Assembly: GCA_044228435.1 (NCBI GenBank) | Contig: JBGAUW010000005.1 | Span: forward strand, 76,061-140,060 | Direction of reading: 5' to 3' | Origin: Chitinophagales bacterium | GTDB taxonomy: Bacteria; Bacteroidota; Bacteroidia; Chitinophagales; LD1 | DNA: 64,000 bases | Shown: piece by piece, positions 44,152 to 54,200 of the stretch | Numbering within the stretch: the stretch's first letter is position 1 | Layout: every line of letters starts with the position of its first letter | Notes under the pieces: model-generated | What the model saw: only the letters and a program-made list of their open reading frames with translations | Database searches by the model: none | What the model was told of the DNA's origin: nothing | Program-made: the position numbers and the translations under genes

Positions 44152-44517
44152 TCACACATCGCTATACAGTATAAGCTTAGCATCGCTCCATAATTCTTCA
44201 AGAGCATAAAAGTCTCTTTTATCGCGATGGAAGATATGTACTACCACATCCACAAAGTCAATAATAATCCATTCAGAATTCTTGCTTCCTTCGCTATGGT
44301 AAGGGCTCATTCCTTTCTTGATGCACTCCTCTGCCACATTATCAAAAATTGCCTTTACGTGTGTACTGGAGTCGCCATGTGTAATTATAAAATAGTCGGC
44401 AGCAGCATCGTTTATTTTGCGTAGATCCAACGCCACCACATCATGTCCTTTTTTATCTAAAATCGCATCCACCACCATCTTCTTCAAATCCGGAGTTTCG
44501 TTTTTCTTTTTCGCCAA
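44152..44517 (-). CDS. rsfS: ribosome silencing factor RsfS
   Basis: 121-aa ORF with the typical RsfS/Iojap core (DYFIITHGDSSTHVKAI...WIIIDFVDVVVHIF). Confidence 0.85.
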   Translation of the reverse strand: MAKKKNETPDLKKMVVDAILDKKGHDVVALDLRKINDAAADYFIITHGDSSTHVKAIFDNVAEECIKKGMSPYHSEGSKNSEWIIIDFVDVVVHIFHRDKRDFYALEELWSDAKLILYSDV

Positions 44518-44600
44518 TCTCTAAGTTTTTGTTGAAAAAATCACATTCAATAACTCTCAAAAGTAATTAGTTTTCGAGAAAGGAAAAGTAACCGCAGCCC

Positions 44601-45350
44601 ATGGATACAATGTTTACCGGAAAAACCCGTATAGAACTAGAAACGGTAGACTCTACCAATAATTATGCAAAACAGCTATTGGCCACCGAAAGGCCTGCCG
44701 ATGGCACCCTGGTTTTTGCCCACCAACAGCATAGTGGGCGCGGGCAAATGGGCAATAACTGGCTTACCGAACCCGGCAAAAACATTACGGCCAGTTTTAT
44801 TTTTTACCCCAACTTTTTAGATGCCGATGAGCAATTTTACCTGAATATGGCTGTTTCGCTGGCTGTTAAGGATTTTTGTGAAAGTTTAATACCAGACGAG
44901 ATTAAAATTAAGTGGCCCAACGATATTTACTGGGGCGATAAGAAACTGGGGGGTATATTGATAGAAAACAGCATAAGCGGCACAAAAATTTCATCATCGG
45001 TTATAGGTATTGGCATAAATGTAAACCAAACCGATTTTGAGCCCGGCCTGGCAAACCCTGTTTCGCTCAATCAAATTACCCATTTAAAATACGATTTACC
45101 TTTGCTTTTAGACGAGTTAAGCGGATTTATTGAGAAATATTACCTGCAACTGCGCCAGCGGCATTTTAACTTTTTAGATAAAGGCTATACGGTAGCCCTG
45201 TACCGCTACCAGCAAACGCACGAGTTTAAAAAGGGCGGGCATGTAATACGCGGCGAAATAAATGGGGTTGCTAAGGATGGCAAGCTTATTTTGCACAGCC
45301 ATGGTAAAGAGATGCGCTTTGCATTTAAAGAGTTAGAATATATCGTTTAA
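44601..45350 (+). CDS. birA: biotin--[acetyl-CoA-carboxylase] ligase (group I, no HTH)
   Basis: 249-aa ORF with GRGQMGNNW (GRGRxGRxW-type) and KWPNDIY motifs. Confidence 0.8.
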   Translation: MDTMFTGKTRIELETVDSTNNYAKQLLATERPADGTLVFAHQQHSGRGQMGNNWLTEPGKNITASFIFYPNFLDADEQFYLNMAVSLAVKDFCESLIPDEIKIKWPNDIYWGDKKLGGILIENSISGTKISSSVIGIGINVNQTDFEPGLANPVSLNQITHLKYDLPLLLDELSGFIEKYYLQLRQRHFNFLDKGYTVALYRYQQTHEFKKGGHVIRGEINGVAKDGKLILHSHGKEMRFAFKELEYIV

Positions 45351-45413
45351 CCTTGCCACAAAAAACTACCGCACTTTTCAGCGGTATCATTATTAACCAG
45401 GGTATACCAAGGC

Positions 45414-47186
45414 ATGTGTGGCATTACAGGACAAATAAATTTTAGTGCACCGGTAAAAGAAGGCAGCATAATTGCCATGAACGAGGCCCTTAAACACCGC
45501 GGGCCCGATGGGGATGGTGTATATGTAAACCCGGCACAAAACGCCGGCCTTGGGCACCGCAGGCTATCGTTTTTAGATTTAAGCATAGCAGGCAAGCAAC
45601 CGATGTGCAATGAAGATGGCACGCTTTGGCTTACTTACAACGGCGAGGTATACAATTACGTAGAGCTAAAGAGTGAATTAGAAAAGCTGGGCCACACCTT
45701 TAAATCGCATACCGATACTGAGGTTATTGTGCACGGCTATGAGCAGTGGGGCGCCAACGTGTTACAAAAGCTAAAAGGCATGTTCGCCTTTGCCATTTGG
45801 GATGACAAAAATAAGGAACTTTTTTTGGCACGCGACCGGTTTGGTATTAAGCCCGTTTACTATTACCAGCAGGGTAAAAACTTTGTTTTTGCATCGGAAA
45901 TAAAAGGGATTAAGGCTAACCCGGAGGTAACTACCACACTTAATTACGCCGCGTTTGCCAACTATTTTATTTACCGGTATGTACCAAGCCCCGAAACTAT
46001 ATGGAACGAGGTAAAAAAGTTGCCGCCCGCCCATTACCTTGTTTGTAAGGCAGATGGCACAACACAACTACAGAAATATTGGAATATTCCCTTTGGCGAA
46101 AAAACAATACCCGACAAAGAGGCTGTTGAAAAATTTGACGACTTATTGCTTACCTCTGTGCGAACGCATGCACGCAGCGATGTACCGGTAGGTTCCTTCT
46201 TAAGCGGTGGATACGATAGTTCGGCCCTGGTATATTACATGAGCCGGTTTGGCTATACACCCGATACCTTTTCTATCGGTTTTGAAAACTGGGATGTAAG
46301 CGAACATTTTTTTGCAGAGATGGTTGCAAAGCAATATGGTACTAACCATCATTCGCTTATTCTCGAATCGCAATCGCTGGATATATTAGATCACCTTGCC
46401 TGGGTATACGATGAACCCAACGGCGATATTTCTATTATTCCTACTTACCTGGTAAGCCAATCGGCCAGTAAAAATGTAAAGGCGGTAATGAGTGGCGAGG
46501 GTGCCGATGAGATATTAGTAGGGTACCAGTGGCAAAAAGATTATGTGCCACAAAAGCAATCGCTAAAGCAAAAATTGGTGGGCCTTTTTTCGGGTAACAA
46601 TTCACCTTATTTAATACAATACTACACCCATTGCATGGCAATGGGCAAATTTGACGGGCCGGAATTAAAAAGACTATTGCACCCCGATTTGCACCAGCAT
46701 ATTCCGGCTAAAAGCGATTGGTGGTACCGGCAGCTATACAACCCTGCTTTGCCCGAATTAAAAGCCATGCAGGTGTTAGATGTTAAGCACTTTATGGGCG
46801 AGCAGGTATTGGCCAAGGTGGATAGAGCCAGCATGGCCAACTCGCTGGAAGTTCGCGTGCCTTTTTTAGATCATGAAATTTGCGAGTTTGTTTTTGGTTT
46901 AACACCCGATGTATATTACCGCAAAGACGAGACTAAGCACCTGCTATATCAAAACCTAAAAAACCACTTACCCGATAAAATTCTTAACCGCACTAAACAG
47001 GGTTTTGTGGGGCCCGATAAATATTATATGAATATGGCCTGGTACCAGGCCCGCTTAAGCCAGAGTAAATTAGTACAGGATAAAATAGTGAACGGAGACT
47101 ACGTGGATGAGCTATTGAACAACAAAGACCATTGGCGTCTATGGAAAGTAGCGGTAATGGAAGCCTGGTACCGGCAATGGGTTTAA
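45414..47186 (+). CDS. asparagine synthase (glutamine-hydrolysing) family amidotransferase
   Basis: 590-aa ORF. N-terminal nucleophile MCGI and PP-loop FLSGGYDSSAL. Confidence 0.85.
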   Translation: MCGITGQINFSAPVKEGSIIAMNEALKHRGPDGDGVYVNPAQNAGLGHRRLSFLDLSIAGKQPMCNEDGTLWLTYNGEVYNYVELKSELEKLGHTFKSHTDTEVIVHGYEQWGANVLQKLKGMFAFAIWDDKNKELFLARDRFGIKPVYYYQQGKNFVFASEIKGIKANPEVTTTLNYAAFANYFIYRYVPSPETIWNEVKKLPPAHYLVCKADGTTQLQKYWNIPFGEKTIPDKEAVEKFDDLLLTSVRTHARSDVPVGSFLSGGYDSSALVYYMSRFGYTPDTFSIGFENWDVSEHFFAEMVAKQYGTNHHSLILESQSLDILDHLAWVYDEPNGDISIIPTYLVSQSASKNVKAVMSGEGADEILVGYQWQKDYVPQKQSLKQKLVGLFSGNNSPYLIQYYTHCMAMGKFDGPELKRLLHPDLHQHIPAKSDWWYRQLYNPALPELKAMQVLDVKHFMGEQVLAKVDRASMANSLEVRVPFLDHEICEFVFGLTPDVYYRKDETKHLLYQNLKNHLPDKILNRTKQGFVGPDKYYMNMAWYQARLSQSKLVQDKIVNGDYVDELLNNKDHWRLWKVAVMEAWYRQWV

Positions 47187-48169
47187 TAGGCCATTACAGG
47201 CTTTTGCGCCCTCACCTGCTCTGCAATCCACTGGTATGTTTTTTCTATTCCTTTTCTTAAGGGGTAGTTGGGTTGCCAGCCTAATTTTTCGCCTATTAGT
47301 TTATTATCCGAGTTTCTTCCGCGCACCCCTATAGGGCCCTTAATGTTGCGCAGCGTTAGCTTTTTACCCGATACCTCTATAATCATCCTGGCAAAATCAT
47401 TAATCGAAATCATTTCTTCCGACCCTATGTTTACCGGCCCTTCCCAATCACCCGCCATTAACCTATTCACTCCTTCAAGGCATTCATCTACATATAAAAA
47501 CGACCGGGTTTGTTCCCCATCGCCCCAAATCTCTATTTCTCCTCCCTCTTCGGCCTGGGCTACCTTGCGGCATAAGGCTGCAGGTGCTTTCTCTTTACCT
47601 CCCTGCCAGGCGCATTGGGGCCCGAAAATGTTATGAAAGCGCGCTATTCTTACATCTACACCATGATTACGCATAAACGATAAATAAAGCCTTTCGCTAA
47701 ACAACTTTTCCCAACCGTATTCACTATCGGGGCTTGCAGGATAGGCCGAGTTTTCGCTACAAACCGGTGTATTGTTTTGCTGATTATAGGCCGGGTATAT
47801 GCAGGCCGATGATGAATAAAACACACGCCCTGCTTTAGTTTGTTTGCAAAGGTTTACAATGTTGAGGTTAATAGCCGCCGAGTTATACATTACATCGGCA
47901 TCGTTATCGCCGGTAAAAATATAACCAGCCCCGCCCATATCAGCAGCCAGTTGGTAAACCTGCCAGTAAGTAGTATCGAACAAATCGGCACAGGCTTGTT
48001 GGTTGCGTAAATCGGCAATCACAAAATCATCGGCCACGGTGGTTTCAAATTCAGGTAGCTTTAAATCAACCGCCCTTACCCAAAAACCTTCTGCCTTTAA
48101 TTTTTTAATCAAGTGGCTGCCTAAAAAGCCACCACCACCACAAACCAAAATTTTTTTTGTGCTCGTCAT
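47183..48169 (-). CDS. GDP-mannose 3,5-epimerase-like NAD-dependent epimerase
   Basis: ORF 47183..48223. The start is moved to 48169 (MTSTKKILVCGGGGFLGSHL) because a terminator hairpin covers 48204-48233. Blocks LAADMGGAGYI, SSSACIYPAYNQ, RFHNIFGPQCAWQGGKEKAPAALCRK, WGDGEQTRSF, GVRGRNSDNKLIGEKLGW closely parallel plant GME as I recall it. Confidence 0.75.
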   Translation of the reverse strand: MTSTKKILVCGGGGFLGSHLIKKLKAEGFWVRAVDLKLPEFETTVADDFVIADLRNQQACADLFDTTYWQVYQLAADMGGAGYIFTGDNDADVMYNSAAINLNIVNLCKQTKAGRVFYSSSACIYPAYNQQNNTPVCSENSAYPASPDSEYGWEKLFSERLYLSFMRNHGVDVRIARFHNIFGPQCAWQGGKEKAPAALCRKVAQAEEGGEIEIWGDGEQTRSFLYVDECLEGVNRLMAGDWEGPVNIGSEEMISINDFARMIIEVSGKKLTLRNIKGPIGVRGRNSDNKLIGEKLGWQPNYPLRKGIEKTYQWIAEQVRAQKPVMAY

Positions 48170-48197
48170 ACCTGTCAAAATCAAACTGTTTGTCTGT

Positions 48198-48233
48198 AAT
48201 AAAAATCGCAGTAATGTTTCCATTACTGCGATT
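48198..48233 (-). terminator. strong rho-independent terminator after the giant adhesin gene
   Basis: Perfect 13-bp stem aatcgcagtaatg/cattactgcgatt (48204-48216 / 48221-48233), 4-nt loop, minus-strand tail TTTATTA. Confidence 0.65.
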
Positions 48234-48259
48234 CTGTTTCTTTAAAATGTTACCGGTTG

Positions 48260-51200
48260 TTATTTAGTAAGCACTATCTTTTTGGTATATACCTCGTTAG
48301 CAGCCGATACTACCGCAGTGTAAGTCCCTGCAGCAAGTTTTTCAAGGCTAAACTCAAGTTGGTTTGCGCCTTTGTTTACCATCGTATTGCTTTCAAGTAC
48401 TTTTTGGCCAACAATGTTGTAGAACACCACCGATATTTCCTGGTCTTTTACAGCAGTAATTATCAGGTTAGTTTTATCCATTGTTGGATTTGGTATAAAG
48501 TCTTTTACACTAAAGGTGGTTTCGCCGTTCAGCTTAGCGGTAACTATATCGGTGTACTCAAAAGCACCATCATTATCAACCTGTTTTAACCGGTAGTAGT
48601 AAACTATGCCTGCAGTTACATCCATATCGTTGTAGCTGTAGTTGTTTTGTGTTGTGGCGTTGTTATGGCCTTCTACAAAACTTACTTTAGTCCAGGTTTG
48701 TCCGTCAATACTACGTTCCACATCAAAGCCCTTGTTATTAACCTCAATGGCGGTAGCCCATGTTAACCGGATGTATGAGTTATTAATAGCATCGGCCTGG
48801 AAGAATATCATTTGCACCGGTAATGCTTCTCCATGCGATGAACCATGTAACCAGAATTCAGAGAACTCAGTTACGGTTAACTGCACATAGTGGTGCGTTT
48901 GCGAGCCACCGTAAATGCTTTGGAAACCAGTATTAGACCCTGTGTATTCGCCCTTGGTAAGTGGCAGATAAGGTGTTGTGTTGTCTCCATAAACCTTATA
49001 TATACCACCGGCCAGGTTGTTCATATAATCGCCATCTTCATTAGCGCCGCTGTATTTGGTTACATATAATCCGGCGAAAGAGTAAACATCATCATCGTTA
49101 GCGCACTCATAACCCGGATTAGGATAAGGAATATTGCTGTTAAAGGCGTCATTCTTTAAGTCGATATACTCCTGGTCACTAAAGAACAGAGCAACATCTA
49201 CACCGGTAGTTGGAGCAGCGGTTGTAGTAACCTTAAAGTGACGACGCATAGCTGTGCTGGTTCCACCGCAACCACCGTTGTTTACATACTGGTCAGAAAG
49301 AATAACCGGTGCAGTGGCTTCTTTATAAACACTTACCGAAACCAATCCTAAATTGTTTTGGTTGTCGTTAACGGCCATGATAGCTTCATTGGTAATGCCA
49401 TCGCGGAAAGTAACCCACTTATTAAAGTTACTTACCCAACAATCAGAAGTTACCACACCTGCAGTAGAAGGCGTTAATGTAATAGATGTAGGGTGACCTG
49501 TTGGAGTAGTTACATTTGAAGTAGTGGCTGTGCAACCCGCATTATCTGTAACAGTATAGTTTACAGTAGTGCCCGGGCTTACCTCATAAACACCCTCGTA
49601 AGTTGGTGATGTATAAACCGAACCCGGATAGGTATACGGGGCTGTTCCGCCTGTTGCTGTTACAAGCACGTAGTACTTGTCAAGGCTTCCTACATTTACA
49701 CATTCATCCACAATAGCTGATGCTGTCATGGTAGAAGAGCTTCCTGTAACCTCTGCTGTGGCTGATGTAGCGGTTCCACAACCGTCGCCAACTACTGAAA
49801 CAACTACATAGTAGTAGCGGCTTCCTGCAACTACTGCCGGTGTATAGCTGGCCGATGTTGCGCCCGAGATTAAAGTTCCGCCTGAGTTAGAGTTGGTTGT
49901 ATTTTCATACCACTGGTAGCTGTAGCTTCCGGTTCCGCCAGCTGCGGTTACCGAAATAGCAGATGCTGATCCGCCGGCACATATACCGCTTTGAACAGCC
50001 GGAGATGGCGCAGATACTGTAGGGTCGGCATATACGTTTAAGTCGTTACTTACACTAAAGCTTACGTTACAGCCGGTTCCGGTTGCATATACTTTCAATA
50101 CAAAACTGGAAGTGCCCGCTGTAGCTGTGGTATTATCTGTTGCAATAGTTAATGCTGTAGTATTAGCATTGGTATATGTATGTCCTGTTGGCGTTCCGTT
50201 TGCCAATGAGGTAAGGTCAGAATATACCCACTCATACAATAAGGCTGGTGTACCGCCGCCGGTAAGTGTTGCTGTAAAGGTAGCCGAGCCCCCCTTACAA
50301 ATATCTGCCTGCATGCTGGCATCGTTAGCATAAGGTTGCTGTGCAACATTTGCCGACACATTAGAAGACACGGCAGAACAGTTAGAACCACTTTGAGTTA
50401 AAGTAACCTTGTATAAATAGCTGCCTGATGTTAATCCGCTGGATGTAGCATAGGTGGCCGAAGCTGTATTTTGCACAATCGTCCAGGTACCGCCGCCGTT
50501 GCTGCTACGCTCCCATTTATAATTAGTAGCAGAGCCCGCACCACCCGAAGGGGTAGCGGTTAAAGTTATTGAAGTGCCTTCGCAAACATCTTCTTGGCCT
50601 GTAATTGCTACTGTAGGGGCGGCATTAATTACAATATTAGCTGTGTTGCCTGTAGTTAAAGTAGCGCTGCAACCTGCAGCATTTTGTATAGAAGTAAGAG
50701 TAATTGTAGTGGTACCCGTTGCGCTTAAGGCAGCGGTTGTAAACGAACCTACGCCGCTGCTTAAGGCTACACTGGCAGTTAAACCTGTAGCTGCGTTAGG
50801 TGCGCTTAAGTTATAGGTAACTGTAAATGTGCCGGTGCCCAGAGTAGCAGCGTTAATACCTATTGTAGAAGTTCCACTGGCGCATATTGGGCTGGTGGCA
50901 CTTGTACTAAACGAAGTTGTATTAGGAGAATCATCCACAAACACATGCGTAGTTTTAGGAGGACAAGCACCGTTGGTGGCGGTAACAGTTACATCTACCT
51001 GGCCAGAAACTACCGTAACACCAGATAATGTAATATCCTGTGCAGGCGAAGTAAAGCTGCCTGATGTAGCCGTCCATACAACACCATCTACATCTCCATC
51101 AATAAACGATGTGCCGGTTTCGCAAATAGGCGTTTGGGTGGTTATTATACTGTTATTATTATCTACCTGTATGTTTACCGAAGGTGCAGTACAAACACCG

Positions 51201-54200
51201 TTAGTAGCCGTTACAGTAAGTGTGGCGTTCTGTGTAGGTGTAGCCACCGAGCCATACGTAACATCGGCATTTTTATTATTACCACTGTTAGCTGTTGCGG
51301 CAGAACCTGTTAAGCCAGAACCCATGCCTGTGCTCCATGTTACACCGTTTACGTCACCCACAACCGCGTTGGTAACTACCGATGCAGACTCACAAATTGG
51401 TGTAGTAGGTGTATTTAAAGTGTTTTGGTTATCAATACGGATTGGGAAGTTATATACACAAGCCCCATTTTGAGAGGTTACACGAATATTGCCTGAAACA
51501 TTTTGTGTTGGGGTAGCAATATTTGCCGGTGTATAATCATTAGTAAGCGACGGGAACCCTACATTCGTCAGAAAACCTCCGCCCGCAGTTACAGCCCAGA
51601 AAGCTGCTGGTGTTGAAGATAAACCGGTAAGCGTACTGTTATCGCAAACAGGCATTGGGTTAGATGGGAAACCGGTAATAGCCAGACCTTTATCTACGTT
51701 AAACAATACAGTAGAACTGCAACCAGGCCCTGTAGCTGCATCTATACCATAAAGAGCAGACGTAGCTCCCGGATTTGGTGCTGTAAAGGTGGTTCCTGTT
51801 AAGCACGAAGTGCAGTTTGGACCCTGCGTTACAGACCAGGTAACACCAGCTGGAGTTATATCTGAAGCCAAACTAAGTGATATACCTTCGCAAATTGCCG
51901 CACCACTAGGAGTGCTTACCGATGGTTTATTGTAAATTGTAACATTCAAAGAAGCCGTGCAAGAGCCATTTTGTGCCTTAAGAATTACAGGGCCTGATGC
52001 TGTTGGGGCCGCTATATCTGTAGGGTCGAATATACCGCTGCTGTTAATGGTTCCCATACCCGGTGTAGATGCGTCAATGCTCCAAAGAGAAGTTGAAGGA
52101 GTACTGGTATAAGTATATGTAGCGGCCAGCGGTGCATCGCATAAGGTAGTGTTACCACTAATAAAGTTCTGCTGGTCGTTTGTTAAAAACACATCATCTG
52201 TGTGGGTACAAGTTGCATTAGTCACCGTCCAGCGAAGAGTAGATGTAGTTCCGTTAGAAACACCGGTTGTTAAGCCAGTATTGGTTGGTGCCGGTGTTAC
52301 GCCGCCACAACTACCAACACAACTCCATACACCAGTACTTCCTGTAACAGGGTCGGCGCCACCGGTTGCCGGGTTAATAGCCGCCATTGTAAAGTTAGAA
52401 GTATTACAAAGTGCCTGATCGGGGCCTGCTGTAGCAAGCGGCCTGTTATCCACTCGTATTGTACGGGTAGCATTTACGCAGGCACCATTAGTTAAGGTAA
52501 TAGTTGCCGTTACATTTTGGGCAGAGCCAGAGTAAAGCGCAGGGGTGAAGTTATTAGTAGTGGTAGAAGTAGCAGTGCCAAAAGATCCATTACCGCTTAC
52601 CGTCCAAACAGATGCTACAGATGAAGTTAAAGTAACAGCCGAAGAGCTTTCGCATATTGGCGAAGCATTAGCAGCCGGCGATAAATCAGGATAAGCATCA
52701 ACCGTTAAAGTAAGCGTTTTAGTATTAGAGCATCCAAGTGCATTGGTGTAGGTCATTGTACCTGTATAAGTGCCAACCGCAGTTCCTGCCGGAACTACTA
52801 TGCCACTTACCGACCCGCCACCTGCTACAAAAGTATACGCTGTTGAACCCTGAGCGGCTAAGCCGGTCCATGCAATACTATATGAAGTAGCGCTACCTGT
52901 AGATGCGGTATAAGGAAGAACAGTTGTTTGAGCACTTGCGCTTACACACACACGCGTTACAACCGCAGGCGTTGCTGCTGTAGTAAGTGTAGGTAAGGCT
53001 GGTGCTGTAGTAGACGCTGTAAGACATACAGGTTCTTCTAAAGCATCTCCGTTTCTAACATAAATCTCATATGCATAAGTGCTACCTGCTGTTAAACCGG
53101 TATGGGCAAAACTGGATGCGCTACCGGTATAAATATCCGTAGCCGTAGTAGTACAACGTACTCTTACATTCGTCCAGGCACCACCACCCCACGCTAAATC
53201 TATACGGCCGCAAACAGTAGTACTTGTGGTTGCAGTAAATGAAGTAACACAGGTTGCCTTAGTATATTTACAAGTAGTGCTACTATATGCAGATTCGTTA
53301 GGGGCCGCTGCGTTTGATGAGTTAACGGCCTGGTCGCGTGCGCGCACCTGGTAACAATACTGGGTGTTTGGGCTAAGGCCACCATCGCTATATGTAAGGG
53401 CAGATTGATAAGAACCATCGGTTGAACCAGCTGCACCTGTAGTTTCGTTAACCTGGTAAGGATTTGCATCCAGCCCTTTGGTATATAATACGTTGGTAGT
53501 GCCGGCAGTACCTACTGTACCCAAGCCATCATGCGGCTGTGCATTATAATAATAGGTGGTTCCGTTATCGCTTACAGCTGACCACGACATATCCAACTGG
53601 GTAGACGATGTAACAGTAACACTTGGTGCGGCTGGTGTTGCAGGAGCTGCCACATCAATTACCGGATTAAGCACCGTGTTATTATCGGCATAATCATTCG
53701 TGTTATAAATAGGATATTTAGAGGCTACAAAATCATCTATATAAAAATCGCCGGTTGGGCCACTATACCCCCCACCATCGTGCCAGATAATTGAGTTAAC
53801 CGTTTGGTTACCACCAATCATTTCGCGCAGGTTAATGGTTTTGTAGTGCCATGCATTATCGGCATACATTGGCTTCATACTACTGCTTTGGGGGTAAGTA
53901 CCCAAATATGGATAGCTGGTAGGGAAGTCTCCCTGGGTCATAGTAATAGAGCGCCAACCACCGGCACTTGTATTAATGAGCATATTGCACAGCGTGCCCG
54001 AAGGAATTTTATAAGCAAAACTAAGGAATGGGAAGTTATCGGTATTATAAGACGCTGGCATGCCGCTCTCTACATTGGCGCCACCTTCAAAGTTTTGACC
54101 CCATCCGGTAGGCATATACAAACCAGCTGCTCCTGTAAATTGTTGTGCAGTTGAAATAGATGGGTCTACAGAATTTCTTAACGCCCACTCATCACTCGCA

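Noticed and set aside
50829-51473. 214-aa and other long plus-strand ORFs (50112-54487) inside the giant adhesin gene
   Set aside because: The adhesin's ACN/GCN/GGN-rich codon usage depletes stop codons on the opposite strand. The translations are Val/Ala/Pro-rich with no signal or motif.
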